This document shows, in pieces, positions 52,355 to 64,000 of a stretch of DNA of 64,000 nucleotides. Source of the DNA: Octopus sinensis. Lineage: Eukaryota. Below the pieces are notes generated by a model, which saw only the letters and a list, made by a program, of their open reading frames with translations, did not search any database and was not told the DNA's origin. The DNA is taken from the NCBI RefSeq assembly GCF_006345805.1, contig NC_042997.1:153946001-154010000 (forward strand), given 5' to 3'. A program made the translations under genes and the position numbers. Numbering within the stretch: the first letter of the stretch is position 1; every line of letters starts with the position of its first letter.

Positions 52355-52740
52355 GGTGCAGGAGTGGCTGTGTGGTAAGTAGCTTGCTTACAAACCACAT
52401 GGTTCTGGGTTTAGTCCCACTGCGTGGCATCTTGGGCAAGTGTCTTCTGCTATAGCCTCGGGCCGACCAATGCCTTGTGAGTGGATTTGGCAGACGGAAA
52501 CTGAAAGAAGCCTGTCGTATATATGTATATATATATATATGTATGTTTGTGTGTCTGTGTTTGTCTCTCTAGCATTGCTTGACAACCGATGCTGGTGTGT
52601 TTACGTCCCCGTAACTTAGCGGTTCGGCAAAAGAGACCGATAGAATAAGTCCTGGGGTCGATTTGCTCGACTAAAGGCGGTGCTCCAGCATGGCCGCAGT
52701 CAAATGACTGATACAAGTAAAAGAGTAAAGAGTAAAGAGA
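52355..52740 (+). mobile_element. SINE family A with 24-nt 5' extension
   Basis: Full copy. Confidence 0.9.
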
Positions 52741-52743
52741 GTC

Positions 52744-53126
52744 TTTTTTTTTTCACGTGTTCTCACTGAACTACCGAGCACAGCTCTGTGTGCCTTGGGT
52801 ATGTGCTGTGGTTTGTTGTGATGCTCTTATGGTTACTGTATTGAAAGTGTTTTACGTACTGTATGTTATATATATTTGTTAGTCCTGCTGTTTCTGTTAT
52901 GTATTTGTTTGAATATTTTTTTTATCATACCTAATGCGCCCACTATGATAGGAATTGTTTCTGTTTTTAGATTCCACATTCGAGTAACCTCTATTTCCAG
53001 GTCTTTGTATTTTGAAAGTTTCTTCATTTCTTTTAGGGAAATGTTGTCGTCTGTTGGTATTGATACATCAATTAGTAAGCATTTTTTTTCTTCACAATCT
53101 CTGACAACTATATCTGTCCTATTGGC
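52744..53126 (-). mobile_element. RLE-bearing LINE 3' end, element B (distinct family)
   Basis: Translates DIVVRDCEEKKCLLIDVSIPTDDNISLKEMKKLSKYKDLEIEVTRMWNLKTETIPIIVGALG and ends in a poly(A) tail. Confidence 0.8.
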
Positions 53127-53795
53127 ATTATTATTATTGTTGCCTTTGCACAGCTTCTTACGCTGGAGATGTACTACAGTGTCAGCTGTTCACTGCCAGT
53201 AAAGTAAAGTAACACCTCTTATTTTTCGAGCACCTTCCAGAGTATTCCAGAGTATTCGAGTGGTTCCAAGCAGTGCTATTTTCTGCAAGTGCTCAACCCT
53301 TATTGCCGCCCCTATTTGTTCCACGTATTTCTCGAGATTTTTGCTCACTGTTCTCAGGACTCCGACAATTATTGGTACTACTGCTACCTTTTTCATCGAC
53401 CACAACTGCTTAACTTCCCAAGCTAACCTGTCATATCTCTCGACGTTTCTTTCTTCCTTATCGCATACCTTGTTGTCAGCTAGGCATGCTATGTATACGA
53501 TCCAGCATAGTTTGTTTTCCTTCTGAATTAAGACTATGTCCGGCTTCCTATTCTCAGTCTCATAGGATCTTTGCATTTCTATTTTCGACAACGCTTTCAG
53601 GTTTGTATCAATTTTTTGCTCTGTCAAGTCCATACTTGTTGCAAAGTATCCTATATTGTCATGGCGTCTCTTATATTCCTTCTGGGTTAGTGACGTACAT
53701 TGGCTGGTAATATGCCATATGGTTTCATCGTTTTGTCCACAGATTCTGCACTTATCACTTTCTGATTTGTTGTCTACTCTGTATTTTATGTAGTG
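53127..53795 (-). mobile_element. RLE-bearing (R4/Dong-like) LINE 3' end, element A
   Basis: CRIC...ETIWHITSQC knuckle, RRHD, KPDIV, VPIIVG, LQKIALLGT, and an (AAT)n tail at 53127-53138. Confidence 0.85.
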
Positions 53796-54068
53796 GATCT
53801 TTTCGGTTTGAACGGCAGTTTTTTCTAGCGGTGTCATATGAAATTGTCACCCATAATTATGACCCTAGAATCGATCTATTGCATTTCAATCTCTTTTCGG
53901 GTTAGGGTTAGGGTTAAGGGTGGGGGAGGGTATCTTTTTTTCTTCACAAATGTAAATAAACCCAATCTGTTTCTTAAACGAGGGACATATTCATACGGCA
54001 CAGAATGCTTTTTGACTCAATAGACGTCACTGATTGGTTGAAATTGCAGAAATTGAAGAAAAAAAACA
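53796..54068. repeat. Unclassified interspersed repeat carrying a short (TTAGGG)n
   Basis: GGGTTAGGGTTAGGGTTAAGGG near 53899. Truncates RLE element A and ends at (ATGT)n. Confidence 0.45.
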
Positions 54069-54564
54069 ACATGTATGTATGTATGCATGCATGCATGCAT
54101 GTATGTATGTATGTATGTATGTATGTATGTATGTATGTATGTATGTATGCATGCATGTATGTATGTATGTAAGTATGTATGTATGCATGCATGCATGTAT
54201 GTATGTATGTATGTATGTATGTATGTATACATGCATGCATGTATGTATGTATGTATTTATGTATGTATGTGTTTATGTGTGTGTGTTTGTAGCCTCCACC
54301 GCTTAGCAATCGGTGTGGGTTTGCTTATGTACTCGCAAACTAACGGTTCGGCGAAAGCGATCGATAGAGTAAGTGCTGGGGTAGATTTGTTCAATTAAAA
54401 ACTCTTCGAGTCGGTACCTCAGCATGGCTGTAGTGCAATGCCTGAAACAGGTCAGAGATAAAAGAACCCACACAACTTATTTATTTCTAAGAGCAATATA
54501 AAAAATTGCGTGGTTTAAATCTTATTTCGAATGACGGAATTGACACGGAAGTGAATGAATCTTT

Positions 54565-54788
54565 CTTTACTCTTCTACTCTTTTACTTGTTTCAGTCATT
54601 TGACTGCGGCCATGCTGGAGCACCACCTTTAGTCGAGCAACTCGACCCCGGGACTTATTCTTTTGTAAGCCCAGTACTTATTCTATCGGTCTCTTTTGCC
54701 GAACCGCTAAGTAACGGGGACATAAACACACCAGCATCGGTTGTCAAGCAATGCTAGGGGGACAAACACAGACGCACAAACACACACA

Positions 54789-54842
<54 letters not shown>

Positions 54843-55008
54843 TACGACGGGCTTCTTTCAGTTTCCGTCTACCAAATCCACTCACAAGGCTTTAGTCGGC
54901 CCGAGACTATAGTAGAAGACACTTACCCAAGGTGCCACGCAGTGGGACTGAACCCGGAACCATGTGGTTGATAAACAAGCTACTTACCACACAGCCACTC
55001 CTGCGCCT
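54565..55008 (-). mobile_element. SINE family A
   Basis: Full copy. Confidence 0.9.
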
Positions 55009-56057
55009 CATGAATCTCTATTGGCTTTGTCGCTTCTGCAGGACAATATCACTGAAACTGCACCAAATCATTTTTACACTATTCATAGTAAACGAAATAC
55101 ATGTAGTAAGGAGAGTTTTCAATTGTGAAAGGTTTAAATGACTGTTACTAATAGAGGGTGGAGCTGTGAGGATAGAATAGTCGACGGGTGCATTACCATG
55201 CTTAATATGAATAAGACGCTTTCAAACTTGTTAAACTTGTCCAACATCAAAGTAAAGAAATAAGAGTTGTGTTAGAAAAGACTTTATTTTGTCTTCTCGT
55301 GAGCAAAGAGGGTGATTTGGGCAAATGTTTTATATATGACAATGCGAAAGATCAAATTCGTATTACTCATGTAAAGCGTTCATGCATCATAACGCTATAA
55401 AACTGCCGAAAAGCAACCGGTGCACAGAGCATTCGAAAAGTGTTCGCCATCTGCAGGCTGTAGTCTATCGAGTGAATGCATTGCACATAATATCGGTGTT
55501 AGGTCAATTAAATACCGTACACTAGTAGCTTGTAGGGCTGTGCAGAATCGAGAACACTTGAAAATTATTACCAAAATCTCATAGTTAACTACCCAACGAA
55601 ATACAACTCGACGAGGTCATATAAAGAACCATAGCAGTTATTTTGACGAAGATTCCGATTTCAACAATGGTATCTTTTTGTAACTTCTACGTTTTTGAAC
55701 CAAGAATATTCCTTAGTTGAGGAGAAAAACTGAAAAGACATTCAGAGAGAAACAAGTACAAAGGAGAAAAGAGTATATGTAGGCACGTTTGTATCTATGT
55801 ATGTATATATTTCGGATTTGGCAAGTGACTTGGTCTGAAACCTTGCATTGAAATTGAAACGATTAGATCGTGAAGTCATAATAGTTTTTTAAGGAACACG
55901 CCCAAAATGTTGTTTACACATTGAAGCATGTATGCCACTTTGTATTATGATCTTTTATGTACAGGTTTTTGATTTACGAACTTTTTTGTGTAGATTTTCT
56001 TCCGTGTAAGAGCAATCTTATTTTTCTTTAACTTCGGATATGTGGATATGTGGTGTT

Positions 56058-56390
56058 GCTTTTAGGAATCCAGGTAAAAAACAAAACAAAGTCACAGGTA
56101 AAAAATAGTCACAGGAAAAAAAGTCACGGAAAAAAGTCGCAGGAAAAAAAACCCACAGAAAAAAGTCACAGGAAAAATGTCACGGGAGTTTTGTTGTGGA
56201 GTGAGGGTCGGAGGGTTTTTTGTCCCAAGAGGGTTTTGTCCGGATACCATAAATTAATTCTGACGTTTTTTCATGTGACTTTATTACTGGCCACTATAAA
56301 TTAATTGTGTCTGTTTTTCCTAGCCAAAATTGTGACTTTATTATTGTGACTTTTTCCCTGAGACTTTATTACTAGTCACCGCTTTTAGGC
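56058..56390. repeat. Element with tandem AAAAGTCAC units and inverted GTGACTTT units
   Basis: About 6 AGTCAC-type units at 56090-56183, mirrored by GTGACTTT units at 56275-56370. Confidence 0.5.
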
Positions 56391-56709
56391 CTTTAGACAC
56401 GAGAACGTTTTTCCTTTAGATTCAGTCTTTTTTTATTTATTTCTCTTCCGCACCTCACTTTCTCATTCACATTTCCTGTCATTGATGCTAATTTATTTGC
56501 AATCTGAATGGTACGTCTCAAGAAAAATTACCTTGGATCTTATTTAGTTGCCCTCACCTTAATTATGTTATTAACAGTTTCTTATAGGTAGTATTTTTTT
56601 TTCATCTTCATCGATGTCTGGCCGAACCGCTGGAGACGGAATTTCCATGATATTTATAAATTGTTTCGAAGTATCTTTAAAATATCTGCCTTTAGTATAA
56701 GTTAGAATT

Positions 56710-56726
56710 TACACTACACACACACA

Positions 56727-56791
<65 letters not shown>

Positions 56792-57028
56792 CACACACAG
56801 ATACACATGCACACACAATCATACACACACCTACACACACACATACATACATACATACATACATACATACATACATACATACATACATACATGCATGCAT
56901 ACATGCATACATACATACATACATACATACATACATACATACATACATACATACATGCATACATGCATACATACATACATACATACATACATACATACAT
57001 ACATACATACATACATACATACATACAT
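56710..57028. repeat. (CA)n/(CATA)n microsatellite
   Basis: Direct observation. Confidence 0.95.
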
Positions 57029-57756
57029 CTATTCATGCACATCCATATATTACATTCCCGCGCTAACACAGTATCTTTAAGGTAATCTTTTGACAGTGAT
57101 GTAGTCTTTGATCTCTGGAGATTATTTAATGCATAGTTTTGGATGTGAGTAAACGGGTAAATGGTAAAATACATGAAGCCTGAGGATGTGAACTACAGAG
57201 TAAGAGTTGAGAGAATTTGATGTAGAAGATTCCGCTTTGGCTGGAAACATCGGCTCTTTTCTGTTTGGCTGCCAGCGTCAATTTTTTCTGTTCGAAATGA
57301 TTTCATATTCAGTGTAATGATACACTTTTATAGGCTAATTAATGACGTGAAAGTAATTTTTGCTATAAATCAATAAATAAGGAGTTATTAGTAATTAAAG
57401 TTTGAAAATGTTGGTAATTTTTGCCATTCGTAAGCCACAGACACATTCATGGCTGTTACGATAGAAAGAATCGGAACACGAGAAATCTTTTGCCTGTCGA
57501 CATAGTAACAGTCTTTGGAAAGTCATTTATCTGCGTAGAAGCACGTGTTGACAAATTTAATGCTGTGTTCTGCGTGATTAAGGCAGCAAGTTCCAGTAAC
57601 TTATATATGTATGTATCTATGTATGTATGTATGTATGTATGTATGTATGTATGTATGTATGTATGTATGTATGTATGAATGTATGTATGTATGTATGTAT
57701 GTATGTATGTATGTATGTATGTATGTATGTATGTATGTATGTATTATGTATGTATG

Positions 57757-58092
57757 TGCAGATTTGTATGTTTTATGTATGTATTCTCATACTTAAAGTT
57801 GCATATCTAGACATGCTCATATATATTTAAATGATAAACTTTCAGAAAGTTTTACAGATTTTACAGTTCCAGTGATGGATTGGATCAGTAGTCTTCTAAT
57901 TAGCTTTCTCCTTTTTGATTTTGAGAAGTTTAATTTCTCAAGATTGGTATTAGGCAGTGTGTTATATATCCAAGGGCCCCATTAATTACAGGTATAAACC
58001 TGAACTTGCCAAACCCGAAATATATACAAGAGTAACTGCAGATTTCTCAATAGTTCAGCATAGGTGTTCTCTTTTTCACTGATCTTCAGTTT
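57757..58092 (-). mobile_element. RLE-bearing LINE 3' end embedded in (ATAC)n
   Basis: KLKISEKENTYAELLRNLQ...IPVINGALGY...NTNLEKL...IQSITGTVK. (ATGT)n on both sides. Confidence 0.75.
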
Positions 58093-58164
58093 TGTATGTA
58101 TGTATGTATGTATGTATGTATGTATGTATGCATGCATGTATGTATGTATGCATGCATGTATGTT

Positions 58165-58703
58165 ATGTCAGGTCACTTTCAAGTGCTACTGGTAACATGT
58201 AACCCAGTACAACCTGTTGCATGGTCGGGTCGTCGACGACTAAACCGGCAACCCCACCAAGCTTGCTTGGTGAGGAGGGTGTTTATTGGACACTCTGCGG
58301 GATGAAAAACAAAACCCGTCAATGGGTGGAGGAACTCTTGAGAGTCAACGGCCATCCAATAAATATCTTAAGGCTGTATCATGCGCGGGGACATAGAAAT
58401 AATCGGACTGGTTACCCGATCGCGCGGTTAAACCATTGGGAGTGAAGGACTCCTAGCCTTTGTTAGGGCATCCTTCTAGGAGAAAGTAACTCAGGTAACT
58501 GGGATAACTACGACATAAAACCTGTGGCTCAGTGGTTACCGATGATGTTGACTTGTTCTTCTTTTCGGATTATGGCTGCTGTTGCTTAGTGAGTGGGATT
58601 GACTCCTCACTTTAAAAAAATCTTCTTGCACAGGCATTGCACGATAACAACATTGATTCAGCTTCGTGCAATGGTCATACTCGATAACGAGGGGGCAGCC
58701 ACC
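58165..58703 (+). mobile_element. Non-coding RTE-like bipartite element (5' UTR-like plus 3' end) in (ATGT)n
   Basis: CTAGGAGAAAGTAACTC resembles RTE 5' UTR boxes (from memory). The 3' end runs into (ATGT)n. No coding RT. Confidence 0.4.
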
Positions 58704-58746
58704 ATGTATGTATGTATGTATGTATGTATGTATGTATGTATGTATG

Positions 58747-58778
<32 letters not shown>

Positions 58779-58928
58779 TGTATGTATGTATGTATGTATG
58801 TATGTATGTATGTATGTAGTCATTTTTCGCCGAGTTGTCGAATACGTAACCACCATCCCTCACACTATCTCTACCTTTCATCCTCTCTCGATATATATTT
58901 GTATAGTACGCATGCATCTTTACTCTCT

Positions 58929-58996
<68 letters not shown>

Positions 58997-59118
58997 GCGG
59001 GGGCAGACAGAAATGGACAGAGAAAGACACACAGAGAGAAACCGAAATTTCAAGAAAGGATTATTTTACAAGTGAATTATTGTAACCAGGAAGATAAGGA
59101 AAAGTGAGCATGAGAAAT

Positions 59119-59119
<1 letters not shown>

Positions 59120-59153
<34 letters not shown>

Positions 59154-59255
59154 AAAAAAAGAAAGAAAGAAGGAAGGAAGGAAAGAAAGAAAGAAAAAAG
59201 AAAGAAAGAAAGAAAGAAGGAAGGAAAGAAAGAAAGAAAGACTGAAGAAAGGAAG
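59120..59255. repeat. (GAAA)n microsatellite
   Basis: Direct observation. Confidence 0.9.
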
Positions 59256-60825
59256 AAAAACAGTTTAACTTTGCACAAATTAAAGCGCGTTTTTGTAACG
59301 TACCTTAGAAAGCTTTGTTACCGCTCACTTACCTTCCTTTGTCTTTTTTCTACCCCCACAACGACGCTTTTTCAACTCTCTGTGTTTCTCTATTTTTTAT
59401 TCAAAACATTTGGGTGTGGTTCGAGCGAAAATTTGGCGGGTATTTCTATTTCGAAACGTTATCCAGTATTCCATACGAAATAGCAAATATGAATATATAT
59501 GGTTTTGCGAGATAGTTGTTTTGTAGTTTCTAAATAAACGGCAGACATATTCTGGGAGATTCAGCGTGACACACAGTATGTGATAAGGCTAACCTATTGG
59601 ATTACAGGTACTACTCATTTTTGCCAGTTGAGTGAACTGGAGCAGCATGAAATAAAGTATCTTGCTCAAGGACACACGCACCGCTGGGATCCAATTCATG
59701 ACCTTACGATCGTTAACCAAATACCCTAACCACTAAGCCACGCACCTTCACATGCACGCATACACACACAATGTTATACAACATGCTCCATATTTTAGCT
59801 TTCACACTTCTCTTTCAAACGTGTCAGCAGCATCAAAATTACAGATTCTAATCTGACAAGGGAAGTGAAAAAGCGCGCTATGCTTGTAGCTCTATTCGCC
59901 GATTACAGTGCCTCGGGGGTCGATAGTTTTGAAGGTGGTCGAATTCTTCATGTTCAAAGCCAGGAAAGAGCTGGTGACCTCTGGCGGGGACGTGTCGTCT
60001 ATGGCCTACAGAAAGAAAGGTTTTCAGCAGTTATATATTAATAGGACAGCAAAATTCAGCCGTCAGATCGAGAACAATTTCAACAAGTCGTTAAGAGCCA
60101 TCGTTAAGCAGCTCAAGGCAGCAGAGTTCACTAGCAGACGTGTAGTACACAAGACTATCAGGAACGAACACTTTTGTGATGAGAGGCCAGTTTATGTCTG
60201 TTAAAACCAGGAAGAAGCGAGTGATCTGGTCGTAGTACTTGCTAAGTGAGCTCAAGAACCCTGAGAAAACTGCTTTACTTTGGTTGTCCGTTGAGAATTT
60301 CATCCAGGTCAAGAAGAGGAACGTGAAATGGAAGTACCAACCCAGATATGCGCTAAATATCTGATGATCCTGTTGAACGTGTGCAACGAAGGTTATGTCA
60401 TGCTGTCTCATTTTGCAGGACCTTAGAGTGAATACCATGGCCTACACCAAAGTGCTAATCTAAGGAAGGCCAAACTGCTGCAGCAAGACTGTTCTCTTCC
60501 AAATATCCCTTGTAACCCAGTGACTAACCTAAAATTTTGGGGATCATGTTAAACCAGCATGTGGTCCCTTGCTCCACTGATTTGAATGCTTCTGGCCAAC
60601 TACGTCCGGGGAACTGAAAATGAGACCAACCGGGAGTCCACGATCCCTAGAATTTGTCACCAGTTGCTATTGTGGGCGTGATGGACAGTTTGATAGACTG
60701 CCTATAACCATGAAATGTTCCTACATATTTTGCTTATTTATAACCTATTAAACTGGTGCTGCAGTAAACTTTATCTCTACATAATACCTCTTTACAGATG
60801 TGTCTGGGTGCATCAGTTAATTTTC

Positions 60826-60977
60826 CTTTAGTCTAGCAAATCGACCCCAGGACTTATTCTTTGTAAGTCTAGTACATATTCTATCGGTTACTTTTGCCGA
60901 ACCGCTAAGTTACGGGGACGTAAACACACCAGCATCGGTTGTCAAGCGATGGTGGTGGGACAAACACAGACACTCAA

Positions 60978-61008
<31 letters not shown>

Positions 61009-61168
61009 CATATATACGACGGGCTTCTTTCAGTTTCCGTCTACCAAATCCACTCACAAGGCTTTGGTGGGCCCGAGGCTATAGTAGAAGATGCTTGCCC
61101 AAAGTGCCACGCAGTGGGACTGAACCCGGAACCATGAGGTTCGCAAGCAAGCTACTTACCACACAGCC
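60826..61168 (-). mobile_element. SINE family A, partial
   Basis: Body and head match. Confidence 0.85.
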
Positions 61169-61437
61169 TATTTTTAGCCTCTTACGCCTATTTTTATTAT
61201 ACACAAACATCAACGAACAGCTTGAACTATACAAACACACAACAGTATTCTTTCTTTTTATTTTTAAGACAGTGTTTGGATTAAAGGGATTCAACGGTCA
61301 TTTGAAGCAAAGGTTCTTTTGTTGATTTGCATTGATCCTATTTTGTCTGTGCCGCTCCAGTTTCCTGGACTGTAAGGCGCTTGTTAGACTAAGCTGCTAC
61401 ATATGGTCAAGTGACTATACAAAATCCTTATAACTGG

Positions 61438-61560
61438 ACCACGTGGTTCTTATTCATCGACAGTGGGGGGAACTCGTTGAGAAGGAAGTTTATTTGTCAC
61501 ATTGAATAAGGCCATGTGACTATATAAAAGCTCCGCGTTAGCTGTGTCACGCGATAAGCT
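61438..61560 (+). promoter_or_regulatory. TATA/E-box promoter candidate
   Basis: Palindromic ACCACGTGGT 61438-61447, then CATGTGAC 61513-61520 directly followed by TATATAAAAG 61521-61530. Confidence 0.35.
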
Positions 61561-61620
61561 ACACGTTCTCTGTCTTGCGCCTCGCGAACATTGACAAATT
61601 TCTCTTGGTGAATCACTCAT

Positions 61621-61695
<75 letters not shown>

Positions 61696-61697
<2 letters not shown>

Positions 61698-62098
61698 GCG
61701 GTCAGCTGGCAGAAGCGTTAGCACGCCGGGCGAAATGCTTAGCGGTATTTCGTCTGCTGCTACGTTCTGAGTTCAAATCCCGCCGAGGTCGACTTTGTCT
61801 TTCATCCTTTCGGGGTCGATTAAATAAGTACCAGTTACGCACTGGGGTCGATATAATCGATTTAATCCGTTTGTCTGTCCTTGTTTGTCCCTTCTGTGTT
61901 TAGCCTCTTGTGGGTAGTAAAGAAATAGGTATTTCGCCCGTCGCTACGTTCTGAGTTCAAATTCCACCGAAGTCGACTTTGCTTTTCTTCCTTTCGGAGT
62001 TGATGAAATAAGTACCAGTTACGCACTGAGGTTGATATAATCGACTAGCCCCCTTCCCCCAAAATTTTCAGGGCCTTGTGCCTAGCGTAGAAATAACC
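61696..62098 (+). mobile_element. Family B SINE dimer
   Basis: Full unit to 61927, then a second unit starting GGTATTTCG with a different 3' tail. Confidence 0.88.
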
Positions 62099-63031
62099 AT
62101 CTCTCTCTCTGTTTCACACACACACACATACCCTCTCTCTATTTCTCCTTCCCCTCTCTCTCTATTTCTATCTATCTATCTAACTATCCTTATCTGTCAC
62201 TCATTCTTTCACTCACTCTCCTTCTCTCACACACCCCACCCAGAACAATACACCCCACTTAACTCCCATACACTCCCTTCCACGCAATCATTTATCGACA
62301 CTCTTATAACTGCGGTGACACGTGCAATCCATCCTACCTAACACCTACGCATCATACACACCTCTGACACTTCATCCGTTTACTGCGTCAATATGCTTGA
62401 ATTTATCAGTGTGTGGGTGTGCGTGAATGTAAGTGTATGCATGTGTGTATGTATCTATGTATGTATGTATGACTAAAATTATCGTTGTATATGTACTGAA
62501 ACTGTAAGACAATCCGCTACAACACTTAGTTGTGCGTGTCGATGCGTGTTCATAAAATTTTTCAACAAATTTAAGAATAACTATTAGTTTATATTGATAA
62601 GAAGAGCCAAATTTACAGCGAAAATCAAGTTGATACACGCGCGCGCGCGCGCGCACACACACACACACACGTAAGTGTAAACGTGGCTGAGCGTTGAGGA
62701 GTTGGCTTCTCAAGTGGTTCCGAGTTCAGTCCTATTGCATGGGACTGAACATGAGCAAGTGTTCTCCATTATGACCCTGTGCTGACCAAACCCTTTCAAA
62801 TGGATTTGGTAGACGGAAACTGAAAGAAGCCTGTCATGTATATACACATATGGGTGTATCTATGTGTTTGTCTAGCAGTGCTTGACAACCTGTGTTGGCT
62901 GGTTTACACCCCTGTAAAGCTGTTCTACGAAAGACACCGATAGCATAAGTCCAGACATTTAAAACTAAATCTGGAGTCGATTTGTTCGAATAATTCTTCC
63001 ATTAAAAGGTAATATACATGCATATACACTG

Positions 63032-63062
<31 letters not shown>

Positions 63063-63167
63063 GCGAACTCTAGTGAGCTTCCTCTCTTATATTACATACT
63101 TACGAACATAGTATACAATAGCTAAACATTGGGCGCTGTTTTGGACCCTATTGTGTCTACCACTCCG

Positions 63168-63330
63168 ATTGGTTGGTATTGGTGCAATTTGTCTTTTACT
63201 CTATCGCGCGCCAATATGCAACCCAACCAATCACAGCCTCCAAATAAGTCACATGAGACAGTCTGTTCCAAACAAGCATTTGAGCCCAGCGTCAGCTATA
63301 AAAGCTTACTTCTTTCTAGTCTCAACGTCG
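63168..63330 (+). promoter_or_regulatory. TATA/CCAAT promoter candidate
   Basis: ATTGG 63168 and 63178, CCAAT 63211 and 63227, E-box GTCACATG 63248, TATAAAAG 63297-63304. Confidence 0.5.
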
Positions 63331-64000
63331 GTTGGCTTCATACTTTCTAAGGTCTAACCCATAGCTTCCCAAAGTGGGTGATATCGCGCACCGGTGGGCG
63401 ATTTCAATTTACATGTGGACGATGGGCGAATTTCTAGAAAATGGTGGACGATTTGAGATTTTGTCGGGCGATATGAACATTTCGTGGGTGACAATGAATT
63501 TTTAGAAATCAAGTCTGCATTTACCAATATCTAGGCATGCCTAAAATAAAGATTCACTTTTATCGATTTGACTACTCGCATGAGACGTCCCTTCGTATTA
63601 AAAACGCGGACTTGCCTATCGATCGAATATTTTTGTTGTAGTCATTGAGAGGATTATCATGCGTGCTAAAAACAGCAGCCAAATAGGCCTAGGCCTTAAA
63701 TCACACTCTACAACAACTTTTTTTTTATGTGGGGGGGGGGGGCATAATCGCATGAATTCCCGCGTGTATAATTCAAACTTGCAAAAACTTCCTGAAAATC
63801 CGAAAAATAAAAAAGTTATGAGGAGCTATAAGTCGTGCGTAATTCTGTGGTTTCATATCAAAATACAAGTGCTATTTTCAGGCTGTTGACAAAATGTGTA
63901 GTCACGCACAAAATGACAGCTTTGAAATTGTGCTTCTTGACTGATTGAAAATGATCAAACTTTAAACCTCTATAACTTTTTTAAAACATTTTTCTAGGAA

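Noticed and set aside
53899-53920. Telomere or chromosome-fusion scar
   Set aside because: Only about 3 TTAGGG units, embedded in an interspersed repeat.
58222-58260. HDV-like ribozyme (CTAA after a hairpin)
   Set aside because: The apparent P2 partner lies adjacent and forms a simple hairpin; no nested pseudoknot could be built.
59908-60438. 98-aa and 115-aa ORFs in a GC-richer patch
   Set aside because: No recognisable domain; possibly a decayed LINE ORF1, but unsupported.
61696-61780. tRNA genes at SINE heads (all families)
   Set aside because: A/B boxes are present, but there is no complete cloverleaf and each continues into a SINE body.

Overview
Eukaryotic, AT-rich, repeat-saturated DNA. 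The SINE families, RTE LINE and microsatellite load look like an octopus (coleoid cephalopod) genome; this is inferred from repeat recognition, not from a search. One host gene is well supported. It is a + strand ankyrin-repeat gene with three in-frame exons (11154-11413, 18227-18456, 22386-22897; 333 aa). It has a possible internal promoter and alternative first exon in intron 2. The rest is mostly tRNA-derived SINEs, LINE fragments (RTE, L1/Tx1, RLE/R4-like, CR1), DNA transposons (maT DD37D, Tigger/pogo, hAT MITEs), foldback elements and microsatellites. Almost all ORFs in the supplied track are microsatellite or SINE artefacts. The most notable hidden signal is a set of five minimal type I hammerhead-ribozyme-like motifs in five unrelated short elements, each next to a (TA)n tract, resembling Penelope-like/retrozyme remnants. 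One of them is duplicated inside a perfect 341-bp palindrome. Other notable items are an array of alternating inverted hexamers with compensatory changes (45576-45668), microsatellite-embedded LINE ends, and recurrent SINE dimer junctions. All structures were read by eye and need computational confirmation.
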